From: Chloroflexota bacterium
GTDB taxonomy: Bacteria > Chloroflexota > UBA11872 > VXOZ01
Assembly: GCA_965221905.1 (NCBI GenBank)
Contig: OZ244922.1
Coordinates: 960,001 to 1,024,000, forward strand
DNA length: 64,000 nt
Direction: 5' to 3'
A model generated the notes under the pieces. That model did not search any database. It saw only the letters and a program-made list of their open reading frames with translations, and was not told the DNA's origin. Made by a program: the position numbers and the translations under genes. Position 1 is the stretch's first letter, and every line of letters starts with the position of its first letter. Shown here one piece after another: positions 29,035 to 39,728 of the stretch.

Positions 29035-29272
29035 GTGCTTAAGTATACAGGGTCTTAATTGCTTGACGGCGGCCGACCAAAACCGCCCTGCGCCACTTGC
29101 CCGAAGATGTCTGGAGTTTGCCCGCAGGAGCGTTGACATCACAAAATGCCAATGACCTCCTATGCTTGCGGCCATCTCCTCGCGTTGACAGCGTCCGCAG
29201 CCGCGTGCTACGTTCTGCCCGTTAGCTTTAATAGAAACCTGAACGAAGCACAATGGCAAGAGAGGAAAATTC

Positions 29273-30073
29273 ATGAAGATACACTTTGGGTGTTTCAGCC
29301 GACCTTGGACCAAATATGCCTTGGAAGTTTCCATGGAGGGCACGGCGCAGGCGGGTTTCAAGCACTTTGGATTTATGACAGCGGGGGATGGCGCGCCTTT
29401 GCCGCCCAACGCGTCCGAAGACCAGGTGGCAAACCTCGCCAGCTTGTTGGAAAAGTACAATTTGAAGAACCTGGAGAACTATACGAGCATTCCCTGGGGG
29501 GATGAAGCCGTCGCGCGCTCGGCGTTGCACAGCTACGTGGACAACAGCCATACACTCGGTGCGCGGTTCATGCACAATAGCGGCACGAATGACGAGGCGC
29601 TCTACGATCAGTTCTTGCACCTCATGGAAGAGGCCGCCGAGTATGCCAAGAACAAAGGCATCGTGGTGATGATGAAGCCCCACGGTGGCGTGACGGCAAC
29701 AGCGCGGGGTTTGGTGGCGCTGATGAAGCGCATTCAATCCGATAATTTGAAGGTCTTCTACGACCCGGGCAACGTGCTCTTCTATACCGGTGAGCGGCCG
29801 GAAGACGATTTTGAGGAACTCGCACCATACGTGGCAGGGATGTCCATCAAAGATGAGACCGGTGGCGTTAAGGGTTCGGTGGACGTGACGCCAGGCGATG
29901 GCGATGTTGATTTCAAGGCGCTCTTTACGATCCTGCGCGACCACGACTTCGACGGTCCCTGCATGATCGAGCAACTCGGCGAAGGAACCATTGAAGAAGT
30001 GCACCACGAGGCCACGCGCGCTCGTGACTATCTGCTCGGGCTGTTGGATGAACTTGGGGCAGACGTAGACTAG
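29273..30073 (+). CDS. Sugar phosphate isomerase/epimerase family protein
   Basis: KPHGG, YDPGN, SIKD, PGDGDVDF and MIEQ. Confidence 0.85.
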   Translation: MKIHFGCFSRPWTKYALEVSMEGTAQAGFKHFGFMTAGDGAPLPPNASEDQVANLASLLEKYNLKNLENYTSIPWGDEAVARSALHSYVDNSHTLGARFMHNSGTNDEALYDQFLHLMEEAAEYAKNKGIVVMMKPHGGVTATARGLVALMKRIQSDNLKVFYDPGNVLFYTGERPEDDFEELAPYVAGMSIKDETGGVKGSVDVTPGDGDVDFKALFTILRDHDFDGPCMIEQLGEGTIEEVHHEATRARDYLLGLLDELGADVD

Positions 30074-30125
30074 CGATGACTGAAGATCCAGTTGAGAGTC
30101 GGCACGAATGCAGTAGCAACGTGCC

Positions 30126-30875
30126 GTGAAGGGAGTTTGGGGACGCGTGGGAAAACTAAATGACATGGTAGCGATTGTTGGCGGCGCGAGCACCGGCATG
30201 GGCGCGGCGACGGCGCGGCTCTTTGCCCGGGAGGGAGCGGCGGTGGTCGTAGCGGCGCGCAGCGCCGATAAGCTGGCGTCGCTTGTAGAGGACATCACCG
30301 AGAGTGGCGGCACTGCGCTGGCAGTGCCAACAGACGCGAACGACCGTGCTGCCGTGGCCGCCATGGCTGAGCGGACGCGTGAGCAGTTTGGCAAGATTGA
30401 CGTGCTGGTCAACAGCGTGGGCACCAATATCAAGAACCGCGCGTTTGCTGAAATGCGGCCCGCGGACTGGGATATGATGATCGCGCATAATCTTACGGTT
30501 GCGTACAACCTCGTGGATGCGGTTTTGCCAACTATGCGCGAGCAGGGCGCCGGCACGATCATTCACTATTCCTCAGACGCGGTGCAGAAGCCCAACGTGG
30601 TTTCAGGCATTGCTTACCAGGCGACAAAGCACGGCGTACGCGGACTGGCGCATGGCACCATGATGGAAGAACGCGAGCGTGGCATTCGCGTTTCGGTGGT
30701 ATTCCCCGGCCCGTGCGAAACCCCGCTAATGGAAAAGCGGCCGGAGCCGCCGCCGCCGGAAGCGTTCGCCAAGATGCTACAACCGGAAGACGTGGCGGAG
30801 GCGGCGCTCTTTATCGCCTCGCTCCCGCCGCGGGCCTTCGTGCCGGAGCTAGTGCTCGGAGCAAGCCAGATGTAG
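30126..30875 (+). CDS. SDR family oxidoreductase (start may be GTG 30147)
   Basis: GGASTGMG, YQATK catalytic motif and MLQPEDVA. Confidence 0.92.
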   Translation: MKGVWGRVGKLNDMVAIVGGASTGMGAATARLFAREGAAVVVAARSADKLASLVEDITESGGTALAVPTDANDRAAVAAMAERTREQFGKIDVLVNSVGTNIKNRAFAEMRPADWDMMIAHNLTVAYNLVDAVLPTMREQGAGTIIHYSSDAVQKPNVVSGIAYQATKHGVRGLAHGTMMEERERGIRVSVVFPGPCETPLMEKRPEPPPPEAFAKMLQPEDVAEAALFIASLPPRAFVPELVLGASQM

Positions 30876-31027
30876 TGGCTGCGGTGTATGCCTGCTGCCA
30901 AAATCAGTTGCTTGAGCGGCTTATCAATTCCTCGTCTCCGCGAGAGATTTAGGGTGAGCGCCTCCGGTCGTCGATGAAACGCCGCGCGGCAGTGAATAGT
31001 CCCGCATCTCTCCACATCGAGCCTCCA

Positions 31028-32029
31028 ATGACTGCACGTGATGCACCAGCCGCCCTCGTCGCCATTGTCGGGGCGACGGCTGTGGGCAAGACCGGGCTTG
31101 CTAAGGCTCTGGCCGCGGAATTTGACGCCGAAATCATCAGCGCCGACTCGCGACAGGTCTATTGCGGTCTAGACATCGGTACGGCAAAGCCCACTAAGAC
31201 GGAGCGTCTGCAGGTGCCCCATCACGGTATAGACGTGGCGCCTGCGGACAACACCGCTTTCTCTTTGGCAGTATGGCGCGAGCATGTGGACAGTGCGCTG
31301 CTGGATATCGCTGCACGACAGAAACGGCCATGGCTCGTGGGAGGGACCGGACTATATATTCAGTCAATAGTGGACGGTCTTGAACTCCCTGCCGTGCCGC
31401 CTCAGCCCAAGCTGCGCGCCGAGCTCGAACACACATTGGAGCAGGAAGGAATTGATGCTCTGGGCGCGCGCCTGCATAGTCTCGATCCGGTGGCTGCCGC
31501 GCGGATTGATCGGCGCAATCCCCGGCGGCTGATTCGCGCTTTAGAGGTTTGCATTGTATCCGGCAAACCGTTCTCTGCCCAGCGAACCCGGCGTCCGCCG
31601 CCGTATCCTGTCTTGCAGATCGGTCTGCGCACCGACCGCGACAGGCTCTATCAGCGCATTGACTTCCGTGTAGACCGCATGATCGCAGATGGCTTTGTGG
31701 ATGAGGTTGAGAGACTGCTTGCTGCAGGCATCACAAGCGACCTACCGAGCATGCAGAGTGCAGGGTACCGGCAGCTTGCCGACTACCTGCACGGCGAGTG
31801 TTCACTGACGGAGGCTATACAACAGACCAAGTACGCGACTCACCAACTCGCCAAGCGCCAGGAGACTTGGTTCCGCAAGCAAAAGGGCATAGAATGGATA
31901 GAGATCGGCACAGACGCCGTGGCGTCCGCGCGGGAACGGATCGAAGGCTTCTATGGAGCATGCGAGCGGCGGCGCAGGTGCCAGGCGAGCGAAGGAGCAA
32001 CGAACTATGGCGGTAAAGGATACCCATAA
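31028..32029 (+). CDS. miaA: tRNA dimethylallyltransferase
   Basis: GATAVGKT, ISADSRQVY.GLDIGTAKP, VGGTGLY, NPRRLIRALE and AKRQETWF. Confidence 0.96.
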   Translation: MTARDAPAALVAIVGATAVGKTGLAKALAAEFDAEIISADSRQVYCGLDIGTAKPTKTERLQVPHHGIDVAPADNTAFSLAVWREHVDSALLDIAARQKRPWLVGGTGLYIQSIVDGLELPAVPPQPKLRAELEHTLEQEGIDALGARLHSLDPVAAARIDRRNPRRLIRALEVCIVSGKPFSAQRTRRPPPYPVLQIGLRTDRDRLYQRIDFRVDRMIADGFVDEVERLLAAGITSDLPSMQSAGYRQLADYLHGECSLTEAIQQTKYATHQLAKRQETWFRKQKGIEWIEIGTDAVASARERIEGFYGACERRRRCQASEGATNYGGKGYP

Positions 32030-32497
32030 AGCGTTTGAGCGACTCAGGGGAGCGGGATACAGCAAGGAAATGGCGGAGGCCCTCCTGGAGACCCTCGGCG
32101 ATTCGTGGGATACCCTCGCGACCAAGGCAGAGATAGATGGGGTCAGAGGCGACACCAAGGCCTTGGGAGCAACAACCAAGGCAGAGATAGATGGGGTCAG
32201 AGGCGACATCAAGGCTTTGGAACAACGACCAAGGCAGAGATAGATGGGGTCAGAGGCGACATCAAGGCTTTGGAAACAGCGACCAAGGCAGAGATAGATG
32301 GGGTCAGAGGCGACATCAAGGCTTTGGAAGCAACGACCAAGGCAGAAATAGATGGGGTCAGAGGCGACATCAAGGCTTTGGAAACAGCGACCAAAGCCGA
32401 CATGCGCGAACAGGAACTGCGCATGCGGCTGCACCTCTATGCCGTGGCGATTGTGGTTATTGGCGTCCTGGCCGCGCTGGAACTGATACCGCGTTAG
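32007..32497 (+). pseudogene. DUF1640-like coiled-coil, C-terminally anchored protein, frameshifted inside a 54-bp repeat
   Basis: MAVKDTHKAFERLRGAGYSKEMAEAL...LATKAEI; continues in another frame to ..TKADMREQELRMRLHLYAVAIVVIGVLAAL. Confidence 0.82.
32121..32395 (+). repeat. 54-bp coding tandem repeat x5 (one 53-bp unit)
   Basis: ACCAAGGCAGAGATAGATGGGGTCAGAGGCGAC.. units start at 32121, 32175, 32228, 32282 and 32336, with a partial unit at 32390. Confidence 0.95.
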
Positions 32498-32756
32498 GTC
32501 GGCTGGCGAGCACAAAGCGTGCCTCTGCTCATGGCCCAGCAAATGAAATGATGCCACTGCTTGAAAGTTGTCTATTCCAGTCACGAAAGAGACTAGGGCT
32601 AGTTTAAGTCAAACGGTGTATCGGATGGCTCTCAATGGATTCGCGCAGATGGGTTCACGCGGCTGCTCCACAACGGTCAAGACCCATGCAAGTGGATTTC
32701 CGCTTTTGCGAGATTGACGGGGATAGCAAAATACTGTCAGAGAGTAGGGGCACACC

Positions 32757-33605
32757 ATGGCAAAAGACTTGAAATTCATCAAGATGCACGGTACGGGCAA
32801 TGACTTCGTCGTTGTAGATACCCGTGCCAACGGTGCAAGAGATTGGGCAGACCTTGCGTCAAAGCTCTGTGACCGGAATTTCGGGGTTGGCAGCGACGGC
32901 CTCCTGTTGATCGATGCCGATGAAAAGCAAGGATATCGCTTCCGCATGTTCAATCCCGACGGCAGTGAGGCCGAGATGTGCGGTAACGGCATTCGCTGCT
33001 TTGCCAAGTACCTCTACGACACGGGAGAAATTGGCGAGGGTTGGCTGGGAGTCGATACGCTCGCGGGAATGCTCAAAGTCAACGTGCATCCGGGTGACAA
33101 CGAGCACTTCTCTGTCTCAGTGGACATGGGCCCGCCTTTTCTCGCCCCGGCGGAGATCCCGGTGCAGGCCACCGCTACCCCAGTTAAGGACATGCCGCTG
33201 CGTGTGAACGGCACGGACCTTTCCATAACGGCGGTCTCGATGGGCAACCCGCATGCGATCACGTTTCTTGACGACATCGAGTCATTTCCGCTCACCACCA
33301 TTGGACCGGAAGTAGAGCACCATCCGGCGTTTCCGAAGCGCACGAATTTCGAGATTGCCCGGGTAATCGGGCGCGACCGGATCGAGGTCCGGGTGTGGGA
33401 ACGGGGCGCCGGCCCCACGCTGGCGTGCGGCACCGGCGCCTGTGCCACGGCCGTGGCTGCTCGTTTGCATGGCTTGACGGACGAGACCGTCACCGTCGGT
33501 CTGCCCGGAGGCGACCTGACGATTTCGTGGGACGGCGAGGGTCGCGTCTTGATGCGGGGCGCGGCACAGACGGTATTCGCCGGCACCTGGTTGCAGGGGG
33601 ACTAG
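32757..33605 (+). CDS. dapF: Diaminopimelate epimerase
   Basis: KMHGTGNDF, NPDGSEAEMCGNGIRC, SMGNPH and WERGAGPTLACGTG. Confidence 0.97.
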   Translation: MAKDLKFIKMHGTGNDFVVVDTRANGARDWADLASKLCDRNFGVGSDGLLLIDADEKQGYRFRMFNPDGSEAEMCGNGIRCFAKYLYDTGEIGEGWLGVDTLAGMLKVNVHPGDNEHFSVSVDMGPPFLAPAEIPVQATATPVKDMPLRVNGTDLSITAVSMGNPHAITFLDDIESFPLTTIGPEVEHHPAFPKRTNFEIARVIGRDRIEVRVWERGAGPTLACGTGACATAVAARLHGLTDETVTVGLPGGDLTISWDGEGRVLMRGAAQTVFAGTWLQGD

Positions 33606-33607
33606 GG

Positions 33608-33943
33608 ATGTCCGATAGTACGAAACGCGTACTTCTCATTGTTCTTGCTCTTCTACTCGGCATCGTGTCAATTGCTCCATTCGGCCGGATTAACCGCAGC
33701 GAACGCGCTGGTGTGCTCGCGGCAATTGCCACGGCTATTGTCGGCCTTATTGCATTCACGCGTCGCGAGACGGAAGGCGAATTTCTGGGTATTCCGTATA
33801 GCTTTAGCCCGCCTACGCTGGAGCGGCTCAAAGGCAGACTATGGAATGCGGAGGACCCGCGCGTCTTCACGCCGCACATATTCGGCTGGGGTTGGAGCGT
33901 GAATTTCTACCAAATTGGCAAGCGCCTAGGCCTGATTTCCTAA
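33608..33943 (+). CDS. Small membrane protein, DUF5808-like
   Basis: Two TM segments, then WNAEDPRVFTPHIFGWGWSVNF. Confidence 0.75.
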   Translation: MSDSTKRVLLIVLALLLGIVSIAPFGRINRSERAGVLAAIATAIVGLIAFTRRETEGEFLGIPYSFSPPTLERLKGRLWNAEDPRVFTPHIFGWGWSVNFYQIGKRLGLIS

Positions 33944-33995
33944 CTATTTTCTCTACGATACAGTACAAATCTCATTGCTTTGAAGGTCATAGCGC

Positions 33996-36062
33996 ATGGG
34001 CACGCTCGTTGGTGTTGACATTGGCGGCACGTTTACCGACGTGGTCGTGCTCGATGAGGCCCGCCGCGAACTGCAGATAGGCAAAGTTGCCACCACGCCC
34101 GACGATCAATCGAACGGCTTCATTACCGCCCTGGATGGTCTTAGAGTCCCATACGCCGATATCGATCTCGTCACCCACGGCACAACCGTAGCCACCAATG
34201 CCGTCTTGGAACGCGACGGCGGACGCTGCGGCCTGATCGCTACGCGTGGTTTCCGGGATATTTTGGAGCTCCGCCGCCGCGACCGACCCCACATGTACGG
34301 CCTGACCGGGACGTATGAACCGCTCATCCCACGCGACCGCCGCTTCGAGGTAACCGAACGCATCGCCGCCGAAGGTACCGTGCTGACTCCGTTATGCGAG
34401 GAGGAAGTCTTAGAGGCGGGAAGATTGCTGGTGGCGCAGTGGGTGGAGGCCATCGTCGTCAGTTTCATGAACTCCTACGCCAACCAAGAGCACGAGATGC
34501 GGGCGAAGGAAATCTTGCAGGCCGAGTGGCCGCACCTCTACGTGGTGACGTCCAGCGAGACGCTGCCGGTGTTCCGCGAGTTCGAGCGCACGAGCACGGC
34601 AGTCGTCAACGCCTACGTCCAGCCGAACGTGGGCCAGTACTTGGAACGGTTGGAAGAACGGCTCAGCGAGCGAGGATACGCCAGCGACCTCTTCATCATG
34701 CAGTCGAATGGCGGCATGATGTCCGCTGCCAGCGTGCGCAATTTACCCCTCAACACCGTGCTTTCCGGTCCCGCGGCAGGTGTGATTGCCGCCACCAGAA
34801 TCGCCGCCGAGGATGGATTCTCGAATCTCATTACCTATGACATGGGAGGAACGAGCCTCGACGTGTCGCTGGTACAGGAGGGCAAGCCCCTTCCGTCAAG
34901 CGGGATGGATCTGGAATTCGGCATTCCCCTCATGGTCTCGATGATCGATATTCATACGATTGGCGCCGGGGGCGGCAGCATAGCGCGGTTGGATCAGGGG
35001 GGCTTGCTGCAAGTGGGGCCGCAAAGCGCGGGCGCCGAGCCGGGCCCGGTCTGCTACGGCAAGAACGGCACCGCGCCGACTCTCACCGACGCCAATCTGA
35101 TTCTTGGCAGGATCAACCCCCACTACCCGATTGCTGGCGTAGCGGGAGCTTCATTCGACGTCGCCAGTGCCCGGTCCGTAGTCACGGAGACCATCGGCAA
35201 GCCGCTGGGACTCTCCACCGAGCAGGCGGCACAGGCGATTGCAACGGTCGCGAACAACCGGATTGCCGGCAGCCTCCGACGGGTGTCGATTGACAAAGGC
35301 CACGACCCGCGTGACTTTGCGCTCTTCTCCTTTGGCGGCAGCGGGCCGTTGCACGCCGGTTTTCTCCTGCGTGAATTGAGCATTGGGCAGGGCATCGTGC
35401 CGTACTTTCCCGGAATCGCTTCAGCGTGGGGATGTGTAATTGCCGATCGCCGGCATGATTTCGTGACGATGCAAAACTGCCTTCTCAGCGAGCTTAACCT
35501 AGCTTCCTTGGAAAGGACGTTTGCCGACCATCTTGCGGCAGGCGAGGCAATGCTCGCCGGTGAAAACGTGCCTCTGCAGCGCGTCAACGTAGTCCGCGAA
35601 GCCGACATTTCCTATGAGGGACAGACCCACGTCATCCGCACCAACTTGCCGGCGGGTGAACTCAGCCACGACACCATCGCCGCCAGTTTTCGCAGCGCCT
35701 ACCTGCAACACTACGGCCGCGTAGAAGAGGGCTTTAGCGGCTTGGAGGAATTGCTGGCGCAAATCCCGATTCGCCTGCTAAACCTTAGGACGGCCGTCAT
35801 CGGCGTCCGCACCGACGTGGCGTTGAAAGACTTCATAAGAGCCCCGGAGACAACGCAAGCGGAGGCGCGCAAAGAGGAACGGCAGGTGTACGTGGACGAT
35901 GGTTTTGTCACTTGTCCGGTATACGATCGTGCCAAACTGCCGTGGGGAGCTGTGTTGTCCGGCCCGGCCCTCATCGAGCAGCCGGATACCACGGTTTGGC
36001 TGGAGCCGTGGTGCCGCACCACAGTGACCGAGGGCGGCAGTTTGCTGATGGAGGTAACGTGA
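33996..36062 (+). CDS. Hydantoinase A/oxoprolinase family protein
   Basis: GVDIGGTFTD, HGTTVATNA, SGPAAG, DMGGTS and GAGGGSIA. Confidence 0.95.
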   Translation: MGTLVGVDIGGTFTDVVVLDEARRELQIGKVATTPDDQSNGFITALDGLRVPYADIDLVTHGTTVATNAVLERDGGRCGLIATRGFRDILELRRRDRPHMYGLTGTYEPLIPRDRRFEVTERIAAEGTVLTPLCEEEVLEAGRLLVAQWVEAIVVSFMNSYANQEHEMRAKEILQAEWPHLYVVTSSETLPVFREFERTSTAVVNAYVQPNVGQYLERLEERLSERGYASDLFIMQSNGGMMSAASVRNLPLNTVLSGPAAGVIAATRIAAEDGFSNLITYDMGGTSLDVSLVQEGKPLPSSGMDLEFGIPLMVSMIDIHTIGAGGGSIARLDQGGLLQVGPQSAGAEPGPVCYGKNGTAPTLTDANLILGRINPHYPIAGVAGASFDVASARSVVTETIGKPLGLSTEQAAQAIATVANNRIAGSLRRVSIDKGHDPRDFALFSFGGSGPLHAGFLLRELSIGQGIVPYFPGIASAWGCVIADRRHDFVTMQNCLLSELNLASLERTFADHLAAGEAMLAGENVPLQRVNVVREADISYEGQTHVIRTNLPAGELSHDTIAASFRSAYLQHYGRVEEGFSGLEELLAQIPIRLLNLRTAVIGVRTDVALKDFIRAPETTQAEARKEERQVYVDDGFVTCPVYDRAKLPWGAVLSGPALIEQPDTTVWLEPWCRTTVTEGGSLLMEVT

Positions 36063-36063
36063 C

Positions 36064-37794
36064 ATGCCTTTAGACCCCATCACCTTAGCGGTCATTCGCG
36101 GCGGCTTGGAGCAAATCGCTGACGAGATGGACGCCACCCTGGAGCGTATGGCATTTTCTCCCGTCATATCGGACGGTTTCGACCGCGCCAGCGGCATTTA
36201 CCACGTGCGCGACGGTGAAGTCATCATGCAGGGGCCGCGCGGCTTGCCGAACTTTATTTGCGTGATGGAGTTCACTGTCCGCTCCGTAATCGAGCGGGTC
36301 ACGAATATCGCGGATGGCGATGTCTACATCGTCAACGATCCCTACATGGGCGGCACCCATCTGATGGACGTGAAGATGGTGAAGCCGTTCTTCTACAAAG
36401 GAAAGCTCACGGCCTTCTTGGCAAACAGCGGCCACTGGCCGGACATCGGCGGTCGGGTCCCCGGCGGTTTTTCGACGAAAGCAACGGAGATCTATCAGGA
36501 AGGTTTGCGCCTGCCGCCCGTGCGCATAATGGATAAGGGCAAGCTAAATCAGGACGTGCTCGACATCATCCTCTACAACGTGCGTGTTTCAGCCGAGCGC
36601 CAGGGCGACATCATTGCCAAGATCACCGCGCTCAACCTCGGCGCAGACCGCCTGACAAAGCTCCTTGACCGCTACGGAGAAGCCACCGTCTTCGCAGCCG
36701 TCGACGAGATGAAGGAGCGCTCTGAGCGACTGATGCGCAGCCACATCGAGACAATCCCCGACGGCACCTACGAATTCACGGACTACATCGACAGTGACGG
36801 CGTGGACTGGCAGCCGCTCAAGCTCCACCTGAAAATGACGGTGAGCGGCAGCGACGTTCACGTTGACTTTTCTCAGAGCAGTCCTCCGTGCCGCGGGCCG
36901 CTCAATAGCGTCTTCAGCACGACGCTCGCCGGAGTGTTTATCACCTTCAAGCATATCTTTCCCGATGTGCCCATCAACGCGGGCTGCTTTGCGCCGATCA
37001 CGGTCGACATTCCGACCACGACGTTTCTCCACGCGCAGCCGCCGCGCCCGGTTGCCGGCTGCGCTGCCGAAGTTTGCCAACGCGTGATCGACGTCATGCT
37101 GGGCGCGCTGGGACAGGCAATTCCCGATAACGCCTACGCTGCGCCGATGGGTACGGTGACGAACCTCTCGGTCGGCGGTGAGAATCCGGGAAGAGGCTAC
37201 TATGTCTTGTATTCGTTCATTGGCGGCGGCTACGGGGGTAACTTCCTCACTGACGGCCTGACGAACGGCAATCCCACCATCGCGGTCGCGCGTACGCAGG
37301 CACTGGAGATCTTCGAGTTCCGCTATCCGGTGCTCTTCACGCGCTACGCCATTCGCGAGGGTTCGGGAGGCGCGGGCAAGCGGCGCGGCGGTTACGGCGT
37401 CATCTTCGAATTTCAATTGCGGCACGGCGATGCCAGCGCTTCGCTGCTCGGGGAACGGGGGCGGTTCGCGCCATTTGGCATCCTGGGCGGCCAATCCGCG
37501 CAGTCGGCGGAGCACGTGTTTACGCTGCGGGGCGAAGAGTACCGCCCGGAACACATTACAAAAGACGAGGGTGTGCACATGCAGGCAGGCGACGTGCTTT
37601 GCCTGATGACGCCGGGCGGCGGCGGCTACGGCGATCCGTTCGAACGGCCTCCGGCGCTCGTTCTTCAAGACGTGCGGCGTGGCTACTACGATCGCGCGAC
37701 AGCCATGCGGGAATACGGGGTTCGGATTCTACCCGATGCTTGGGTTGTGGACGAAGAGTCGACACGGGTGCTACGCGACCGTGGTCTTAGCTAA
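36064..37794 (+). CDS. Hydantoinase B/oxoprolinase family protein
   Basis: NDPYMGGTHL.D, HWPDIGG..PG, EIYQEGL and TPGGGGYGDP. Confidence 0.95.
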   Translation: MPLDPITLAVIRGGLEQIADEMDATLERMAFSPVISDGFDRASGIYHVRDGEVIMQGPRGLPNFICVMEFTVRSVIERVTNIADGDVYIVNDPYMGGTHLMDVKMVKPFFYKGKLTAFLANSGHWPDIGGRVPGGFSTKATEIYQEGLRLPPVRIMDKGKLNQDVLDIILYNVRVSAERQGDIIAKITALNLGADRLTKLLDRYGEATVFAAVDEMKERSERLMRSHIETIPDGTYEFTDYIDSDGVDWQPLKLHLKMTVSGSDVHVDFSQSSPPCRGPLNSVFSTTLAGVFITFKHIFPDVPINAGCFAPITVDIPTTTFLHAQPPRPVAGCAAEVCQRVIDVMLGALGQAIPDNAYAAPMGTVTNLSVGGENPGRGYYVLYSFIGGGYGGNFLTDGLTNGNPTIAVARTQALEIFEFRYPVLFTRYAIREGSGGAGKRRGGYGVIFEFQLRHGDASASLLGERGRFAPFGILGGQSAQSAEHVFTLRGEEYRPEHITKDEGVHMQAGDVLCLMTPGGGGYGDPFERPPALVLQDVRRGYYDRATAMREYGVRILPDAWVVDEESTRVLRDRGLS

Positions 37795-38052
37795 GTGCCG
37801 TCAGACTCTGCAAAGTGACGAGCTTGCCCTGTACTTGATACGGGCGGGAATCCATCTGCTGGCACCGAGCGCCCACCGTCCTCAACTGAGAAGAGTTTCC
37901 CCGAGTTACGCTTGACTGTCGTTCTAAGTGCGACGAGGAATCTAGGGCCGGCGTGGGTATGTCTGTTACGCGTACACACCTCATTGCCGGCAAATTCGGT
38001 ATTCCGGTAGAGTTCAGCCACAGCGGCTTACCCGATGCTTGCCGTTTCTCTG

Positions 38053-38940
38053 TCATGGACCCTTATGGGCGTCATGCGCCTTTCGGACAAGTTCGCTCAG
38101 CACATCTCGATGCCGATCAATGTCAGTCGCGTAAACGTATACGCGGTAGTTTCCATGCCGGGAATTGTATGAATTGGTTTCCAGTCCAGAATCCTCAAGC
38201 CAAACGGTCAGTTGCTCATCTTGGGGGATATTGAACTCTGTGAAGACGTTTTTCTTTCGCGGGCGGAATACCACGAAATTGCGCACTGTGCCGCTGCTGG
38301 CGGCAAGGCCAATGTAGTTCTTGTTGTATTTTGGATCCACCCCCGGCTCAATCTCCTTTACCAACTCCATCAAACTGTCCAGGACTTCTAAAGATTCTCT
38401 CGAGGACTGTTCTACCCACCATTTCCGATCCACTTCTGATCCCCCTGAATCTTCTTCATCTGTGCCCCACGTGGTCAGGTCAACCACACGGGTTGCCATC
38501 AAAGTGAGCGCTCCATTAACTTTGGCGCACGTTACTCTAATGGCAATCAGTGGAATTGCCCCATTGAGGAGGGAAATCACGTTGAGGAAACGGCTTGTCA
38601 CGTCCTCCGCCACAATAACGGCGATATGCTCGTATTGAGGATAGCGGCGGCGTTCAATGTCCCAATACTCGATTGTGCGGATAATGTGAGACTCATCCAT
38701 CGCGCCAAGTTGAATCTCAACCTCGTATCGGGTTTCGGTATCCACATTTTGTAGAAGCAAGTCAAGTCTTCCGCCACTGGGCTGGCGGCGCTCGCTGGCA
38801 CGAACTTCCAGTTTCCCCAACCCGAGCAGTGACGGGTTGTCAGTTAGTAGTTCATGGAGCCACCGTTCGTTGAGCGTCGGGTCGTTCTTCAAGCTGATGT
38901 ATTTTGGAACAACGAAATCGGGGACTGTTACGTCGTTCAC
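38053..38940 (-). CDS. NucS-like PD-(D/E)xK endonuclease domain protein with C-terminal DUF5655-like domain
   Basis: ERWLHELL..NPSLLG, GGRLDLL..YEVEIQLG, HIIRTIEYW and KYNKNYIGL. Confidence 0.75.
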   Translation of the reverse strand: MNDVTVPDFVVPKYISLKNDPTLNERWLHELLTDNPSLLGLGKLEVRASERRQPSGGRLDLLLQNVDTETRYEVEIQLGAMDESHIIRTIEYWDIERRRYPQYEHIAVIVAEDVTSRFLNVISLLNGAIPLIAIRVTCAKVNGALTLMATRVVDLTTWGTDEEDSGGSEVDRKWWVEQSSRESLEVLDSLMELVKEIEPGVDPKYNKNYIGLAASSGTVRNFVVFRPRKKNVFTEFNIPQDEQLTVWLEDSGLETNSYNSRHGNYRVYVYATDIDRHRDVLSELVRKAHDAHKGP

Positions 38941-39085
38941 CTCTAGCTTCTCCGTTGTAGTAGGGTCTGAACTGATCTCATTTGATCACACCCCACGAGT
39001 ATAACACTCGCTGAGACAGAGACTTAGCCCTATCTGGATAGACTGTCGCTGTTCCATGAGATGTATATGCTTAAACCCTGAGTAC

Positions 39086-39095
39086 TGTGTATAAT
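39086..39095 (+). promoter_or_regulatory. Extended -10 promoter element for the lipoprotein cluster
   Basis: TGTGTATAAT upstream of 39254. Confidence 0.45.
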
Positions 39096-39253
39096 CGCGG
39101 CAGGATGGGCGCTGATCATCGTGTCCGCGATGTCGCACTCGGTTGCCGGTAACGCGCCCGTCTCGCGAAGGATGCACGTTAGTGCAGGCAAGGCCGTGGC
39201 GGCACATATGGCCGCTTTCAGTAAGGAAAACTGTCTAAGAGGAGTGCGTTCAC

Positions 39254-39724
39254 GTGAATGTGTGGAGCAGGGCTCTCGTTGTCTGTGTGCTGGCGGCTGT
39301 CTTGACCGCCTGCGGCGAGTCGGCAGAGGATGAGGCGGCGCTTACGCCAACGGCTGCAACGTCTGCACCGACTGCAGTGACAGAGACTCAACCCTCGCCA
39401 ATTACCGAGGCTGTAGCTGAAGCAGAGACAACGGCAACTCCGACACCGGGGCCTGACGCCACTTCGACGACTGTGGAAGAGACAGTGCCGGAGGAGGCCA
39501 CACCGGTGCCTCCTACGCGGACGCAAAGCATAATCTTCTATGACCTTACGGAAATAGAGAAGACCTGCCCGGGGTATCAGGAGTTCACGGGATTCCGTCA
39601 AACCGTCTCCCAGGTCAAGATAACGTGCACGGCTCCTGGTGTGGAGACCGTGTACTTCGTTGACTTAGATAACTTGGTGGTGACGGGCATACGCGTGCCG
39701 CTGCTCGAACAGGAAATACCGTAG
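39254..39724 (+). CDS. Uncharacterised lipoprotein, paralog 1
   Basis: LTAC lipobox, Pro/Thr linker and C-terminal two-Cys domain shared with the next two genes. Confidence 0.85.
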   Translation: MNVWSRALVVCVLAAVLTACGESAEDEAALTPTAATSAPTAVTETQPSPITEAVAEAETTATPTPGPDATSTTVEETVPEEATPVPPTRTQSIIFYDLTEIEKTCPGYQEFTGFRQTVSQVKITCTAPGVETVYFVDLDNLVVTGIRVPLLEQEIP

Positions 39725-39728
39725 TTGG

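Noticed and set aside
29035-29460. Long N-terminal extension of the pseudouridine synthase ORF
   Set aside because: It overlaps the divergent gene, and the family-typical start is MQERLQK at 29034.
32121-32395. Possible CRISPR array or DGR repeat
   Set aside because: Coding repeat with 18-codon period, no spacers and no reverse transcriptase nearby.
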